From positions 1,178,012 through 1,242,011 of the forward strand of contig OZ219917.1 in NCBI GenBank assembly GCA_964291415.2: 64,000 nucleotides of DNA, written 5' to 3'. The stretch is from Alphaproteobacteria bacterium. Lineage in GTDB: Bacteria > Pseudomonadota > Alphaproteobacteria > SP197. Position 1 is the first letter of the stretch. Each line of letters starts with the position of its first letter. Below the pieces are notes generated by a model. That model ran no database searches. It was not told the DNA's origin and was given only the letters and a program-made list of their open reading frames with translations. The position numbers and the translations under genes were made by a program. Of the stretch, positions 19,082 through 29,170 are shown piece after piece.

Positions 19082-20767
19082 TCAAGAGCATCTCCGGCAC
19101 ACTACTTCGCCTTCGTCATATGTACCAAACTCTTCACCGCATACCGTGCACCGCCGGGAGAAGCCAATACCCGCCTCAATTTGCTGTCGGCTGGGTCTTT
19201 TGAATTCCTTTGGAAACGGGTCTTCCGACACGTATCCGTTTCGAAGATCGCTGCTATAGCGTGACATCAGCTCTTGCCACTCTCCCACATGCAGGTACCT
19301 TCCGTCAGTGAATACTTCATGGAATGTGTCTTTCATGTAGCGGGGAAGGTGACTGAACATGAACCGCCACGCGCCAGGTGGCACACCCTGTGCACCCTTG
19401 CCGCCGCGAGGGTAGGGGAAGTGACGCCTCAAGACATTTCGCGATGGATCGGCTCCTCCTTCATGAGAATAAGGAGGCTTACCCGGATGCAGGAGCATAA
19501 ATACGAGGGTAGCAACAGCAAAAGCTTCGTCTCTCTCCGTTCTCAAGATGGAGCTTAACCGCTCTTTGTACAACTCAGGAGAAAGATATGGAGGCATACC
19601 CACGGGGCAAGGGTAACCTTCCACCTGATAACTATCGCAATCTACCAAAAATATCGTTGAGTCGTCCTGTACCAGAATGTTCCTGGGGTTGATGTCTCCG
19701 AGCAGGACGTTTAGAGAATGCAAGTAGGCAACGGCATCCAAAATTGCTGCTGATAGGTTCACCAAATGTATGCGAGTCCAATCAGGACAATTCCTCCGCA
19801 AGAGCGGTGGTATGAAAAACGTAGGCTGAAGCGCTCTCCCTTCAGCTCTCGGCATCAGATAACCGACCATCTCGCCGTGAGGGTTGTATGCCTGCGAAAA
19901 AGGCCAGCAAATAGCTGAGTGGCTGATTTGCCGTGTTACCATCAAATCCAGTTTATCGATGATGTATGTTTTGAGGCGATCAGAATGGTAGATTTTGCAC
20001 ACTAGTCCATCCTGACTTGTCTCGTAGACCGTACCTTCTCCGCCCGCCCCTACTTTAGTCAGCAATTGTATACTCTTGCCTTCCTTGTCCTTTACTATGT
20101 CACCCTCTCGAGTGTGTGACGTCGTGTTGATAGTTGTTTCGTCGAGCAAGACATGGCGATGATAGGTTGGAAACGGGCTAAAAGGCGCGGTGTATTGTCC
20201 TGAATCGACCTTCCGCAATACAGTCTCTCTCGAATCGTCCCTCCCAGTCGGCGAATTGCTGTGGAGCGGGTGCCACTTGAGTCCGTCGGGTTCAGTGGGA
20301 TCCAAAGCCCAGCCCATGATATCTCCTATTCGATTGATCCGAATGGCCCTTATCTCTTGAATGCCTTTCACGGCATTGCTGACGTTTAGGGAAAGCAGGT
20401 CTCGCACGAGGCCACGGTCTTGGGCGATGATAACCAGCGGGTATTGACAGCGGAACTTAGTGAACATTGCCTGAAACTGATTATCGGCATGAGGATCGTC
20501 GTCATTGCTACCAATTAGCTCGGCGTCGCCGGTGTTGACTAAATTCTTTACCATCACTGTAGCCGCTCGTGCTTGACGAGCGACCAGTTCATCGGATCGA
20601 TTTACTAGTCGATTGAGCTCTTCCGCTACCGACCGTGCTACAATGATTGGCCGAATACCGTGCTGCCTCACGATCGGTATCAGTCGAGTATGGAAAGCAG
20701 CTTCCGCTTCCTTCTCCATGAGGCTGCTGGTGTCCACAAAAATACGCGTATCTTGGGACCATTGCAT
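19082..20767 (-). CDS. PIN domain - Ser/Thr kinase - Zn-ribbon fusion (TerY-P kinase)
   Basis: IFVDTSSL...VAEEL...HADN...AQDRGL (PIN); GAGGEGTVY, CKIY, GDINPRNIL, VDCDS (kinase); CTVC...CRRC. Confidence 0.85.
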   Translation of the reverse strand: MQWSQDTRIFVDTSSLMEKEAEAAFHTRLIPIVRQHGIRPIIVARSVAEELNRLVNRSDELVARQARAATVMVKNLVNTGDAELIGSNDDDPHADNQFQAMFTKFRCQYPLVIIAQDRGLVRDLLSLNVSNAVKGIQEIRAIRINRIGDIMGWALDPTEPDGLKWHPLHSNSPTGRDDSRETVLRKVDSGQYTAPFSPFPTYHRHVLLDETTINTTSHTREGDIVKDKEGKSIQLLTKVGAGGEGTVYETSQDGLVCKIYHSDRLKTYIIDKLDLMVTRQISHSAICWPFSQAYNPHGEMVGYLMPRAEGRALQPTFFIPPLLRRNCPDWTRIHLVNLSAAILDAVAYLHSLNVLLGDINPRNILVQDDSTIFLVDCDSYQVEGYPCPVGMPPYLSPELYKERLSSILRTERDEAFAVATLVFMLLHPGKPPYSHEGGADPSRNVLRRHFPYPRGGKGAQGVPPGAWRFMFSHLPRYMKDTFHEVFTDGRYLHVGEWQELMSRYSSDLRNGYVSEDPFPKEFKRPSRQQIEAGIGFSRRCTVCGEEFGTYDEGEVVCRRCS

Positions 20768-20814
20768 AGTGCAATCTCGCGATAATGCTCAAATGGGGTA
20801 GTTTTGGTTAGGCT

Positions 20815-20844
20815 GCCGAAATAGCCTCAAGTGCTATTTTCGGC
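20815..20844. terminator. Stem-loop overlapping the GIY-YIG stop, upstream of the PIN-kinase
   Basis: GCCGAAATAGC-CTCAAGT-GCTATTTTCGGC; no clear U-tract. Confidence 0.35.
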
Positions 20845-21186
20845 CACCGCCGCCCTGATTTTTGTTCCATGATGGTTTATGTCGGGCAATCGTCTTTTTT
20901 TCGTGCGCCCGTCGAGCCTTGGACGAAGAACCGGGTTTTGCCTCCTTGTAGGTAACTTCATGTTTGTCCGGATCAAAGCGGTCGCTCTTGTCCTTGCTCA
21001 TTTCTTCTTTGGTCTCCGCGTATGCTGGTTCAGGCGTTTCTGGAGATCTTTCGTCTCCCCGACATACTTCACTTCACCGGACTCCTTGTCGCGAATTCGA
21101 TACTCACCAGCGGTGTTCGGTGGAATGCTGGTTTCGCCCTTTTTCCATCGTTTGGGACGGCCCGGCCCATATGGATTGTTTGACAT
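20834..21186 (-). pseudogene. GIY-YIG nuclease split by a -1 frameshift near 21000
   Basis: AGEYRI...KYVGET...KRLNQH in frame 0; ARRAHEKKTIARHKPSWNKNQGGGGRK* in the -1 frame. Confidence 0.75.
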
Positions 21187-21506
21187 ACCTTCCCCCTTGT
21201 CCTCGGAGTCCACAGCTGCCCGCTTGACCAACAAGGGTACTTGGTCGGTTCGTGCATGGCAAGCTGAGGGGTGACGCAAGCGACTGACGCTCCTGCACGC
21301 AGGACCGTGGTAGCCGCCCTGTGATGGAACCAAGTGTCGTACAGGAGCTGATCCAGTTGGGTGCCATCCTCAATCCAATCGAAGAACTGTTGGGCCGCAA
21401 GACGCGCACCTCGGAAGCAGGGCACACCGCTCAAGCGAGCGGATTCGACCAAGACGGCACCTGCAAGCGGAATGGGAAGATCGGTGATCTCGTCAAGAGT
21501 TTTCAT
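21069..21506 (-). CDS. DUF433-like antitoxin (3-prime end probably degenerate)
   Basis: RLSGVPCFRGARL...FFDWIEDG...LDQLL. Confidence 0.55.
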   Translation of the reverse strand: MKTLDEITDLPIPLAGAVLVESARLSGVPCFRGARLAAQQFFDWIEDGTQLDQLLYDTWFHHRAATTVLRAGASVACVTPQLAMHEPTKYPCWSSGQLWTPRTRGKVCQTIHMGRAVPNDGKRAKPAFHRTPLVSIEFATRSPVK

Positions 21507-21633
21507 GGTGGCAGCCGAGTATGTGGTCGAACCAGCATCGAACAAATACGTTCCATTGCGTTCCCTGCACATGGTGCGTCAGTTTCCATTACCATGGGCC
21601 AACGGAGGATACACTGCGGTGGCGTACATTGAG

Positions 21634-22368
21634 ATGGCTTCGGTATCGGATCTATTGAAGAAGACCGGAGCGACGGCTTGCGTCGTACTGGCAATGTCAG
21701 CTGGAACCGTCAGCCCCTCGGGCGCTGAAGAGTTCGAGCCCCTGTGCGACCAGACCCATATCGAGCGCATGGTTTGGGACTGCTGGAACCCGGTCGATGT
21801 CAAGGGGCATCAGGAATGCCACTTCCGTGGCGCCCTGTCGCCGTATCACTATGCGCCGCCGATCGCGTGGTCGGGCGGCTGTCGCGATCGCAAGGCGGAG
21901 GGCGATGGCATGCTGGTGGACGCTCACGGCAACCGCTCGGCGGGCCGACTCGTCGCAGGGATGAAGGACGGCGGGTGGACGACCCTGCATGCCGATGGCG
22001 GCGTGATCGGGGAGGCCTTCGCGGACGGCACGCCCCATGGCCGGTGGGTCTTCGACTTTTCCGCCAAGGGCAACGGGTTCCACGTGATGACTTACGAGAA
22101 CGGTCGCCGGCATGGCCGGTGGGAACGTCGCGATCCGGACGAGTACAGCGAGACTGGGACGTTTGAGAAAGGGATGCGCACGGGCACCTGGACCATCATC
22201 TGGCCCGATGGCGTCGAAGCGCTGGTGCCGTACGTGGATGACGTCATCCACGGCGAGATGGCCGTCACCCGGGACGGGCTTCGGCTTGGCACACTCATCT
22301 ACCAGGGGGGCCGGCACGTCGACGGCATCCTCGACCCGATTCTCCTCTCCGAGCCGGGTGACCCCTGA
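21634..22368 (+). CDS. Exported MORN/YwqK-like repeat protein
   Basis: Signal-peptide-like N-terminus; repeated GxxxGxW units (GMKDGGW, GTPHGRW, GRRHGRW, GMRTGTW). Confidence 0.7.
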   Translation: MASVSDLLKKTGATACVVLAMSAGTVSPSGAEEFEPLCDQTHIERMVWDCWNPVDVKGHQECHFRGALSPYHYAPPIAWSGGCRDRKAEGDGMLVDAHGNRSAGRLVAGMKDGGWTTLHADGGVIGEAFADGTPHGRWVFDFSAKGNGFHVMTYENGRRHGRWERRDPDEYSETGTFEKGMRTGTWTIIWPDGVEALVPYVDDVIHGEMAVTRDGLRLGTLIYQGGRHVDGILDPILLSEPGDP

Positions 22369-22395
22369 GCCGGTCTTCGCAAGACTGGCAGCGTT

Positions 22396-23289
22396 TCATG
22401 GATCCGGATCCAGAATCGAACAGGCCATGCCCCGGTCATAGGCTCGCGCCACATTAATGCAGTGCATGACCTGCATGCCATGGCGCTCCCAGAACGCGTC
22501 GCGTTCCCGGATCTCGATTTCGGCCTTCGTCGGCCAGATGGCGGTCTCCCTCTGCAGGGCGACGCCAGTCGTACCGCACGCGAGACCGAAGACGATCAAC
22601 AGGGTCAATGCGATCCAGAACCACCGCCGCGCGACCGCGTTCCACGTGCCGTAACTGTTCGCCACTGCGCCCAGCACCGGCCGCATCGTCGCTACGTCGT
22701 TCATGGCCCTGGTGTTGTCGGCCACGGTCTCCCTGACGGCCGCCGCCTCGTCGAGGGCACGGCGGCTGCCGACCGCGGCGTCCTTGATCGCCGCCACGTC
22801 CCGGGCGACGGCGGTTGCGCCGGCGGCGGTCTGCCGCAACTCGTCGAGCGCCTCGGCTCCCGGCGTCACCCTCTCGGCGACGCGATCGATGCCGGCAAAG
22901 ACCGCGCCCTCGCGCTCGTCGAGGGATCGCGTGAGATCCTCCAGACTTCGCTTGATGCCCGCCGACAGCTCCTTCATCGCGGCGCGCTGTTCATCGGCGA
23001 ATCGCTGCAGAGCCGTGGCCTCCTTCGTTTCGCCGCTCCCCTTGCGTTCCCGTTCGATCTCGCGGGCCAGGCTCTCGGCCGCCGCACCCTGGGTTGCGGC
23101 GAGAGCGTCGATCTTCTCCGCGAGGACCGCTTCCGCCTGACCGACGATCCGCGCCATCTCGCCCTCGTGTTTTTCGAAGAGCGCTCTCAGGGTGGCGGGA
23201 TCCATCGATGCCTCGGGTCTCTGCTGGCGCTGCTCTCGGCGTCTGAGCCTTTCGGCGGTGCGGCGGTCTTCTCCGTCGTCGGACGTCAT
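22396..23289 (-). CDS. Coiled-coil protein with C-terminal TM helix (MobB-like accessory candidate)
   Basis: Long A/E/R-rich helix, hydrophobic segment WFWIALTLLIVFGLACG; divergent from the relaxase. Confidence 0.65.
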   Translation of the reverse strand: MTSDDGEDRRTAERLRRREQRQQRPEASMDPATLRALFEKHEGEMARIVGQAEAVLAEKIDALAATQGAAAESLAREIERERKGSGETKEATALQRFADEQRAAMKELSAGIKRSLEDLTRSLDEREGAVFAGIDRVAERVTPGAEALDELRQTAAGATAVARDVAAIKDAAVGSRRALDEAAAVRETVADNTRAMNDVATMRPVLGAVANSYGTWNAVARRWFWIALTLLIVFGLACGTTGVALQRETAIWPTKAEIEIRERDAFWERHGMQVMHCINVARAYDRGMACSILDPDP

Positions 23290-23351
23290 CGGCGTTTCCT
23301 TCGTGTCTGAGGGCGCTACCCGAAGCGGCGCGGTGCGCTACAATGCGGACC

Positions 23352-26300
23352 ATGGTCGCCACCGTCACCGCCATCACGTCCGCTTCGGCGACGGTGCACT
23401 ACTTCGAACAGGAGGGATACTACGCCAGGAACTCTCCCGAGCACCGCCGGGCGAGCTTCTGGCACGGCGCCGCGGCCCGGGCTCTCGGTCTCGGCCGCCA
23501 CGTCAAGCCGAAGATCTTCGAATCCATCCTCGCCGGCCATGTTCCCGGCACCGGCCAGCGCCTGGGCCGGGCGCGGGACGGCGAGCACCAGCACCGCCCG
23601 GGCGTCGACATCACGTTCTCGGCGCCGAAGTCGGTGTCGCTGCAGGCCCTGGTGAGGGGAGACGAACGGGTCATCAGGGCTCACGACGAGGCGGTGCGCA
23701 GCACCCTCGACATGATCGAGCGGGACTTCCTGGTGACGCGGGTTCACAACCCGGCGACGGGCAGACGCGAGCGCCGGCGGGCCCAGGGCATGGTGGCGGG
23801 CACCTTCCGGCATCTGGCCAGCCGCAACCTCGATCCCCAGCTCCACACGCACAGCGTGGTGGCCAACATGACCCGCGGCCCGGACGGGTCCTGGCGCAGC
23901 CTCGACACCGGCGGGCTCCACTCCCGGCGCCTGCTGATCGGCGCCCACTATCGGGGCGAGCTGGCGCGGCGATTGATGGATCTCGGCTACGAGCTCGAGG
24001 AGACGATGATCGGGCCGGTGCCGGGGTTCGAGATCGCCGGCTGGGAGAAGGAGACGCTCGACGCCTTTTCGACGCGCAGGAAGGAGATCGTCGAGCACGT
24101 CGAGGAGAAGGGCTGGGACTACAACGCGGCGACGGCCCAGGCGGCGACGCTGGCGACGCGGCGGCGCAAGAACGAGCCCCACCGGGAGATCCTGACCGGC
24201 ATGTGGCGCGAGCGTGCCGAATATCTGGGCATCGACCTCAGGCGCCGGCGCCTGACGCGCTCCGCGCCGCCCCCGGCACCGTCGGCCCTGGAGGTTGTGG
24301 CGCGGGTTGCCGAACACCTCGAGGAACGCCAGTCGGTCATCGCCGTCCACGACCTGGTGGCGGGCGCCCTCGCCCACGCACCGGGCCGTCACGACATGGC
24401 GGAGATCATGAGCGCCATCGACCGGCTGCGCCGTGACGGCCATCTCGTCGACGCCATCCGCTCGCGCGGCGGACCCTCCCTCGTCACGGACCGGGCGCTC
24501 AAGGCCGAGCGCGAGGTCGTGCGCCGCATGAAGGAGGGTGTGGGCGCCACGGCGGCGATCGTGCCGGCCGAAGCCGTCGAGCAGAAGCTCGCGGGCGCCA
24601 CCCTCACGCCGGGTCAGCAAGAGGCTCTCCGTCTCATCCTGGGCGAGGGCGATTCAATCGTCGGCGTGCAGGGGTTTGCAGGCACGGGGAAGACGACGAT
24701 GCTGCGCGAGGTCGTCGACCTCGCCGGTGCCGAGACCATCGTCGGTCTGGCGCCCTCGTCGAGCGCCGCCCGGACGCTTGCGCGGGAGGCCGGCATCGCC
24801 ACCCGGACCCTGCAGGGGTTCCTGGTGCGCCACGGCGATCTCTCGCCAGAGACGGCGGGGTCCTTCGCCGGCAAGGTGCTGGTGGTGGACGAGATGTCGC
24901 TCGCCAGCACCGCGCAGACGAGATCGCTCATGAGGATCGCCGATCACCTCGGCGCGGCCAGGCTGGTGATGGTGGGCGACAGCCGGCAGCTGCGCGCCGT
25001 CGAGGCGGGCCAGCCCTTCCGCCAGCTGCAGCAGGCGGGGATGGCGACCGCGGTCATGGACGACATCCGCCGCCAGCGCAGCCCGGGCCTCAAGGCCGCG
25101 GTTCTGGACGCCATTGCCGGCAAGCCCGGCGCAGCCCTGACGAAGCTCGGCGCCGACGTCCTCGAGGTCGACCACGAGGACCTCGGAACCAGTGCGGCGC
25201 GCATCTGGCTGGCGCTCTCGGCCGACGATCGCGCCGAGACGGCGCTGATGGCCCCCACCCACGTGCTGCGCCGGGAGATCAATGCCACCGTCAGGGACGG
25301 CCTCCGCGAAGAGGGCGTGCTCCGCGGGCGCCGCGTCACGCTCCCCACGCTCGTCAACCTCTCCATGACCCGGGCCCAGAAGCGCGAGATCCGCAACTAC
25401 CGCGAGGGCGACGTGGTGGTCTTCCACAACGACCTCCGCCACTACCGGGTGAGGTCGGGCGACATCTGCCCCATCTCGAGCATCGACGGCGAGCGTCTCC
25501 TGCTCGGCCACTCGGACGGCAAGGCCCGCCACGTGAAGCCCGATTCGGATGTCCGCTACCGCTACGACGTCTTCGAGAGCGACGCAATCGATCTCGAGGC
25601 CGGCGACCGCATCCGCTGGACCCGCAACCACAACCCGAGCGGCCTCGTCAACGGCGCCACCGCGACGGTCGAGAGGATCGGGAAGACGTCACTCGTCCTC
25701 AAGACCGACGAAGGCCGGCGCCTCGAGATGGAACTCGACGATCCGCGGCTGCGCCACATCGCGCACGCCTATGCGACGACGGTGCACGCGGCCCAGGGCC
25801 TCACCCGCGACAAGGTGATCGCGGTTCTCGATTCGGGCCACGGGCAGCTGGCCAACCAGCAGACCTTCTACGTCGAGATCAGCCGGGCCCGTGACGAGGC
25901 GATCATCGTCACCGACAACCGCGAGCAATTGGCCGAGACCCTGGAGGAGAACACGGGCGAGGTGCTGACCGCGCTGGAGGCGGTGGGCGAGAGCCTCGAC
26001 GAGGGCGCGATCGCCCGGCGCGTGCCCGAGAAGGAGAGCGTCGCGGACCTCGGCGTGGAACCCCTGGCGGTCGGCCGCTGGAAGCGCGCATGGAACCCGG
26101 ACCTTGCGCCAGACGAGCCTGCGGCGCTTGCGCAGCTGAAGACGCTGGCCGCCATGAGGGAATCACCCGATGAACGGGTGGCGGCCTGGGCCTCCGCGGA
26201 GTGGGCCCGCGAGAGCGCCCGGGCGGTCGCGCATGTCGAGGCGCGCCTGGCCGACGCCCTCGAGCGCCGGCCGGCGCTCCGGGTCGGCGAGGGAACGGAT

Positions 26301-27641
26301 GCCGCCGGCTACGCCGCCTGGCGCTTCGCGGCGGAGTCGGGCCTGGCTGCGGCGCGTGAGCTGACGGGCATGACCGAGGCGCCGGATCTCGCCGGACTCG
26401 CCGCCCGTGCCGAGTCGCTGCTGGCCGGTGACGACCGCGTCCTTGCCCGGCAGGCGACGGACGACCATGCCGCGGCCTGGGAGGCGCGCTGGCACGCCCT
26501 GGAACGACGCGCCGGCGAGGCAGGGCTGTCGGTCCACGACCACGGCGAGGCGTCCGGCGCCGTCGATCACGCGCGGCGGATCCTTGCGGATCCTGCCCTG
26601 GCCGGCGGCAGCCGGGACCGGATTGCCGCAACCGTCGAGGCCTTCGATGCCCGCGCACGAGCCCGCCGGCGGGCCGACGCATGGCTTGCCGCGTGGCAGG
26701 GGCGCCACCCCGCCGACCCGGCGGAGGCGATGATCGGCGCTGGCCGCGTGCTCGCTGCCGATCCCGCCCTGCCCGCGGCGCTGAAGTCCCGTCTCGATCG
26801 TGCCATCGGCCGCCATGAACGCCTGGCCCGGGAGGAATCCCTGACGGCAGCCGCGGAGACCGCGGAGCCTTCGATCGACGGCGCCCGGCCGGGCGCGCCG
26901 GTGACGCCCGAACCGGTGACGAAAGACGCCGCACCGCCCCCGCCGCCCATCGTCGAGGACGAACGGGAACGCGAGGCGCGGCGCGAGCGGGCCCGTCAGG
27001 CGGCCAACCGGGCGCGCCGGCAGGCCGACGACGCCCGGCGCCGGCTGGAGGACTGGGAGACGCACCTCGCCCATGGCCGCCTCGGTCACGTGATCGTCCT
27101 GGCGGACGCGGCGGCACGGAATCGCGATCTCGGCACGCAAGACCGCCGCCGTCTCGAGGAGGCGACGGCCCTGGCCCGCCGGCGCCTCGAGACCCACGAG
27201 GCGTATCGGGACTGGCAGAATGCCTGCCGGGCTCATGACACTGCCGCGAAGTCGCAGGGGCGCCACGCGCTCGACGACCCCGGCTGGCGGGACCTCGCGG
27301 CCCGCGCGGGCCGCCTTGCGGAGAACCCGGATTCGAGCGCCACGGCGCGCCGGGCGGCAGCGGAGTGGCTCGCGGCGTCGAAGGACATGGCGGAGGCCCG
27401 CCTGGCTTTCATCGAAAGGCGTCTGGCGTGGGAACGTGTGGAGGCCGAAGCGCAGGCTGCAGGACGGAACCCGCTCGATCTTCCCGAGGCCGGCGAGGTG
27501 GTGGCATGGCTGCGGGAGAACCCGGAAAGCGCCGGCGCCACCGAGGGCGAACGGCAGGCCATGAAGGATGTGGTGGCCCGTCACGAGGCCCGGCAGGCCG
27601 AACGCAAGAGCCGTGACCGCGGGTTCAGCTGGCGACTGTAG
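23352..27641 (+). CDS. MOBF (TrwC/TraI-like) relaxase-helicase with C-terminal extension
   Basis: HYFEQEGYY, DITFSAPKSVS, HLASRNLDPQLHTH (HUH), GFAGTGKTT, VDEMS, GDSRQL, YATTVHAAQG. Confidence 0.95.
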   Translation: MVATVTAITSASATVHYFEQEGYYARNSPEHRRASFWHGAAARALGLGRHVKPKIFESILAGHVPGTGQRLGRARDGEHQHRPGVDITFSAPKSVSLQALVRGDERVIRAHDEAVRSTLDMIERDFLVTRVHNPATGRRERRRAQGMVAGTFRHLASRNLDPQLHTHSVVANMTRGPDGSWRSLDTGGLHSRRLLIGAHYRGELARRLMDLGYELEETMIGPVPGFEIAGWEKETLDAFSTRRKEIVEHVEEKGWDYNAATAQAATLATRRRKNEPHREILTGMWRERAEYLGIDLRRRRLTRSAPPPAPSALEVVARVAEHLEERQSVIAVHDLVAGALAHAPGRHDMAEIMSAIDRLRRDGHLVDAIRSRGGPSLVTDRALKAEREVVRRMKEGVGATAAIVPAEAVEQKLAGATLTPGQQEALRLILGEGDSIVGVQGFAGTGKTTMLREVVDLAGAETIVGLAPSSSAARTLAREAGIATRTLQGFLVRHGDLSPETAGSFAGKVLVVDEMSLASTAQTRSLMRIADHLGAARLVMVGDSRQLRAVEAGQPFRQLQQAGMATAVMDDIRRQRSPGLKAAVLDAIAGKPGAALTKLGADVLEVDHEDLGTSAARIWLALSADDRAETALMAPTHVLRREINATVRDGLREEGVLRGRRVTLPTLVNLSMTRAQKREIRNYREGDVVVFHNDLRHYRVRSGDICPISSIDGERLLLGHSDGKARHVKPDSDVRYRYDVFESDAIDLEAGDRIRWTRNHNPSGLVNGATATVERIGKTSLVLKTDEGRRLEMELDDPRLRHIAHAYATTVHAAQGLTRDKVIAVLDSGHGQLANQQTFYVEISRARDEAIIVTDNREQLAETLEENTGEVLTALEAVGESLDEGAIARRVPEKESVADLGVEPLAVGRWKRAWNPDLAPDEPAALAQLKTLAAMRESPDERVAAWASAEWARESARAVAHVEARLADALERRPALRVGEGTDAAGYAAWRFAAESGLAAARELTGMTEAPDLAGLAARAESLLAGDDRVLARQATDDHAAAWEARWHALERRAGEAGLSVHDHGEASGAVDHARRILADPALAGGSRDRIAATVEAFDARARARRRADAWLAAWQGRHPADPAEAMIGAGRVLAADPALPAALKSRLDRAIGRHERLAREESLTAAAETAEPSIDGARPGAPVTPEPVTKDAAPPPPPIVEDEREREARRERARQAANRARRQADDARRRLEDWETHLAHGRLGHVIVLADAAARNRDLGTQDRRRLEEATALARRRLETHEAYRDWQNACRAHDTAAKSQGRHALDDPGWRDLAARAGRLAENPDSSATARRAAAEWLAASKDMAEARLAFIERRLAWERVEAEAQAAGRNPLDLPEAGEVVAWLRENPESAGATEGERQAMKDVVARHEARQAERKSRDRGFSWRL

Positions 27642-27875
27642 GCCGGTTGCGCTCCCGGGACCTCTTCCACGCGCCGGGCGGCGCAGTTCTCCCGGATCGC
27701 CTGATCGAGCTGACGGACCATGGTTTCGGGACGCCCTCGACGTCACCCCGGTCACGGCAGCACGCTGGCTCATGACCTTCCAGGAGCGTACGATGCGCCG
27801 GCGCGCCATGCTGCAACAGACGCGAACCGCGAAGGAGGGGGCAAGGACAGCCTCACCCACCAGGAGCATCGCCTC

Positions 27876-28412
27876 ATGACCATTCTGTCGTCTCTGTTGG
27901 ACTGCGAGCCCAGGCGACCGCGAGCCGGGTCCGCTGACTGGGATAGCGGGCCGCCGCCATCGCGCTGCCCGGGCGTGACCCGCGCAGGGTGTCTGATCCT
28001 GGTGCGAGCGGTCGACACGAAGTGGCCGCACGCCGAAGCATTTGTCGGAGGCACGAGGCTGCCGGGCTACCTGGACGGCATCGATGTCGGCACCGTGCTG
28101 GTCCACCGCGCGGGCGATTCCGCCATGCCGCTTGACGAGAGACCGTGGCAGGCCGGCAGGGCCCACCTCGACGGCGTCCGCTGGGAGGAAAAGACCTGGC
28201 CGGTCGAGGACTTCATCGCCTTCCGGGATCACGTCGCCAGTCTCATGGAGTTCACGGTTCCCGGCGACGAGCGCCCGCAATCACGCAACCTGCCCGTGGC
28301 GAGCGACGCCACCTCGCCCGACCGCGACGTCGCCGAATCCCGGACCGCCATCCCGGGGCTGCGTCAGGCTTCGCAGAGGCGCTCGCCGAACGGCACAAGG
28401 AGGGAACCATGA
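27876..28412 (+). CDS. Hypothetical protein, tandem paralog 1
   Basis: Shares RPWQAGRxHLDGVRWEEKTW...DFIAFRDHVASLMEFTVPGD with the next ORF; start uncertain. Confidence 0.6.
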   Translation: MTILSSLLDCEPRRPRAGSADWDSGPPPSRCPGVTRAGCLILVRAVDTKWPHAEAFVGGTRLPGYLDGIDVGTVLVHRAGDSAMPLDERPWQAGRAHLDGVRWEEKTWPVEDFIAFRDHVASLMEFTVPGDERPQSRNLPVASDATSPDRDVAESRTAIPGLRQASQRRSPNGTRREP

Positions 28413-28807
28413 ACGACCGACCTCGCCCGGCATACCTCCAGCGCACGATCCGCGAGGGGTACATCATCCTCGTCGACGCGGTCGACACCTCCTGGACCAA
28501 CGGCGGCGCCTTCGAGGGCGACGACACCCTGCCGGATCAGTTGGCCGACGTCCATGTCGGCACCGTCCTGGTGCGCTGCCCCGTCGACCCCGCCATTCCG
28601 CCAGGGAAGAGGCCATGGCAGGCCGGTCGGGTGCACCTCGACGGCGTCCGCTGGGAAGAGAAGACCTGGCCCCGCAAGGACTTCATCGCCTTCCGGGACC
28701 ACGTCGCCAGCCTCATGGAGTTCACGGTTCCCGGCGACGTGCGCTGGGAGTTCCGCAACCTGCCCGTGGTGAGCGATGCGCCGCCGGCTGGCCGCGACGT
28801 CGCCTGA
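28409..28807 (+). CDS. Hypothetical protein, tandem paralog 2
   Basis: AGGAGG RBS, ATGA overlap, paralog at 470-bp offset. Confidence 0.75.
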   Translation: MNDRPRPAYLQRTIREGYIILVDAVDTSWTNGGAFEGDDTLPDQLADVHVGTVLVRCPVDPAIPPGKRPWQAGRVHLDGVRWEEKTWPRKDFIAFRDHVASLMEFTVPGDVRWEFRNLPVVSDAPPAGRDVA

Positions 28808-29170
28808 TCCACCTTCACCGCCCTCGCCCGCCTCGAGAGACGGAGAGCCCCGCAGGCCACGCGGTGTCGCCGCCCGCCGCCGCCCACCGCCGAGTGCGAT
28901 GGCCGGGGCGGCCGAGGGTGATTGACGGGCGATCATCGGCGCCTCGCCGCGAAACGCCTCTCTACGGGCTTTCGTGGCGCTCTCAGGCGCGACACGCATC
29001 GTGCTGCAGCGATCGGTCTTTCCGCGGCATGGACGGCCCGCCGTCCCGCACTCTCAGCCGGTGGCCGCCGCGTCACAAGAACCGTGAGGCAGGCCATGCC
29101 GGATGCCGTGTCGCGCCTGGGATACCCGGCGGCCGTGGCAGCGGCCCGGCCGCGGGATCCGCTGGTGGCT

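Noticed and set aside
28081-28807. Possible DGR template/variable repeat pair
   Set aside because: Mismatches are not adenine-specific, both copies are open ORFs, and no reverse transcriptase is present
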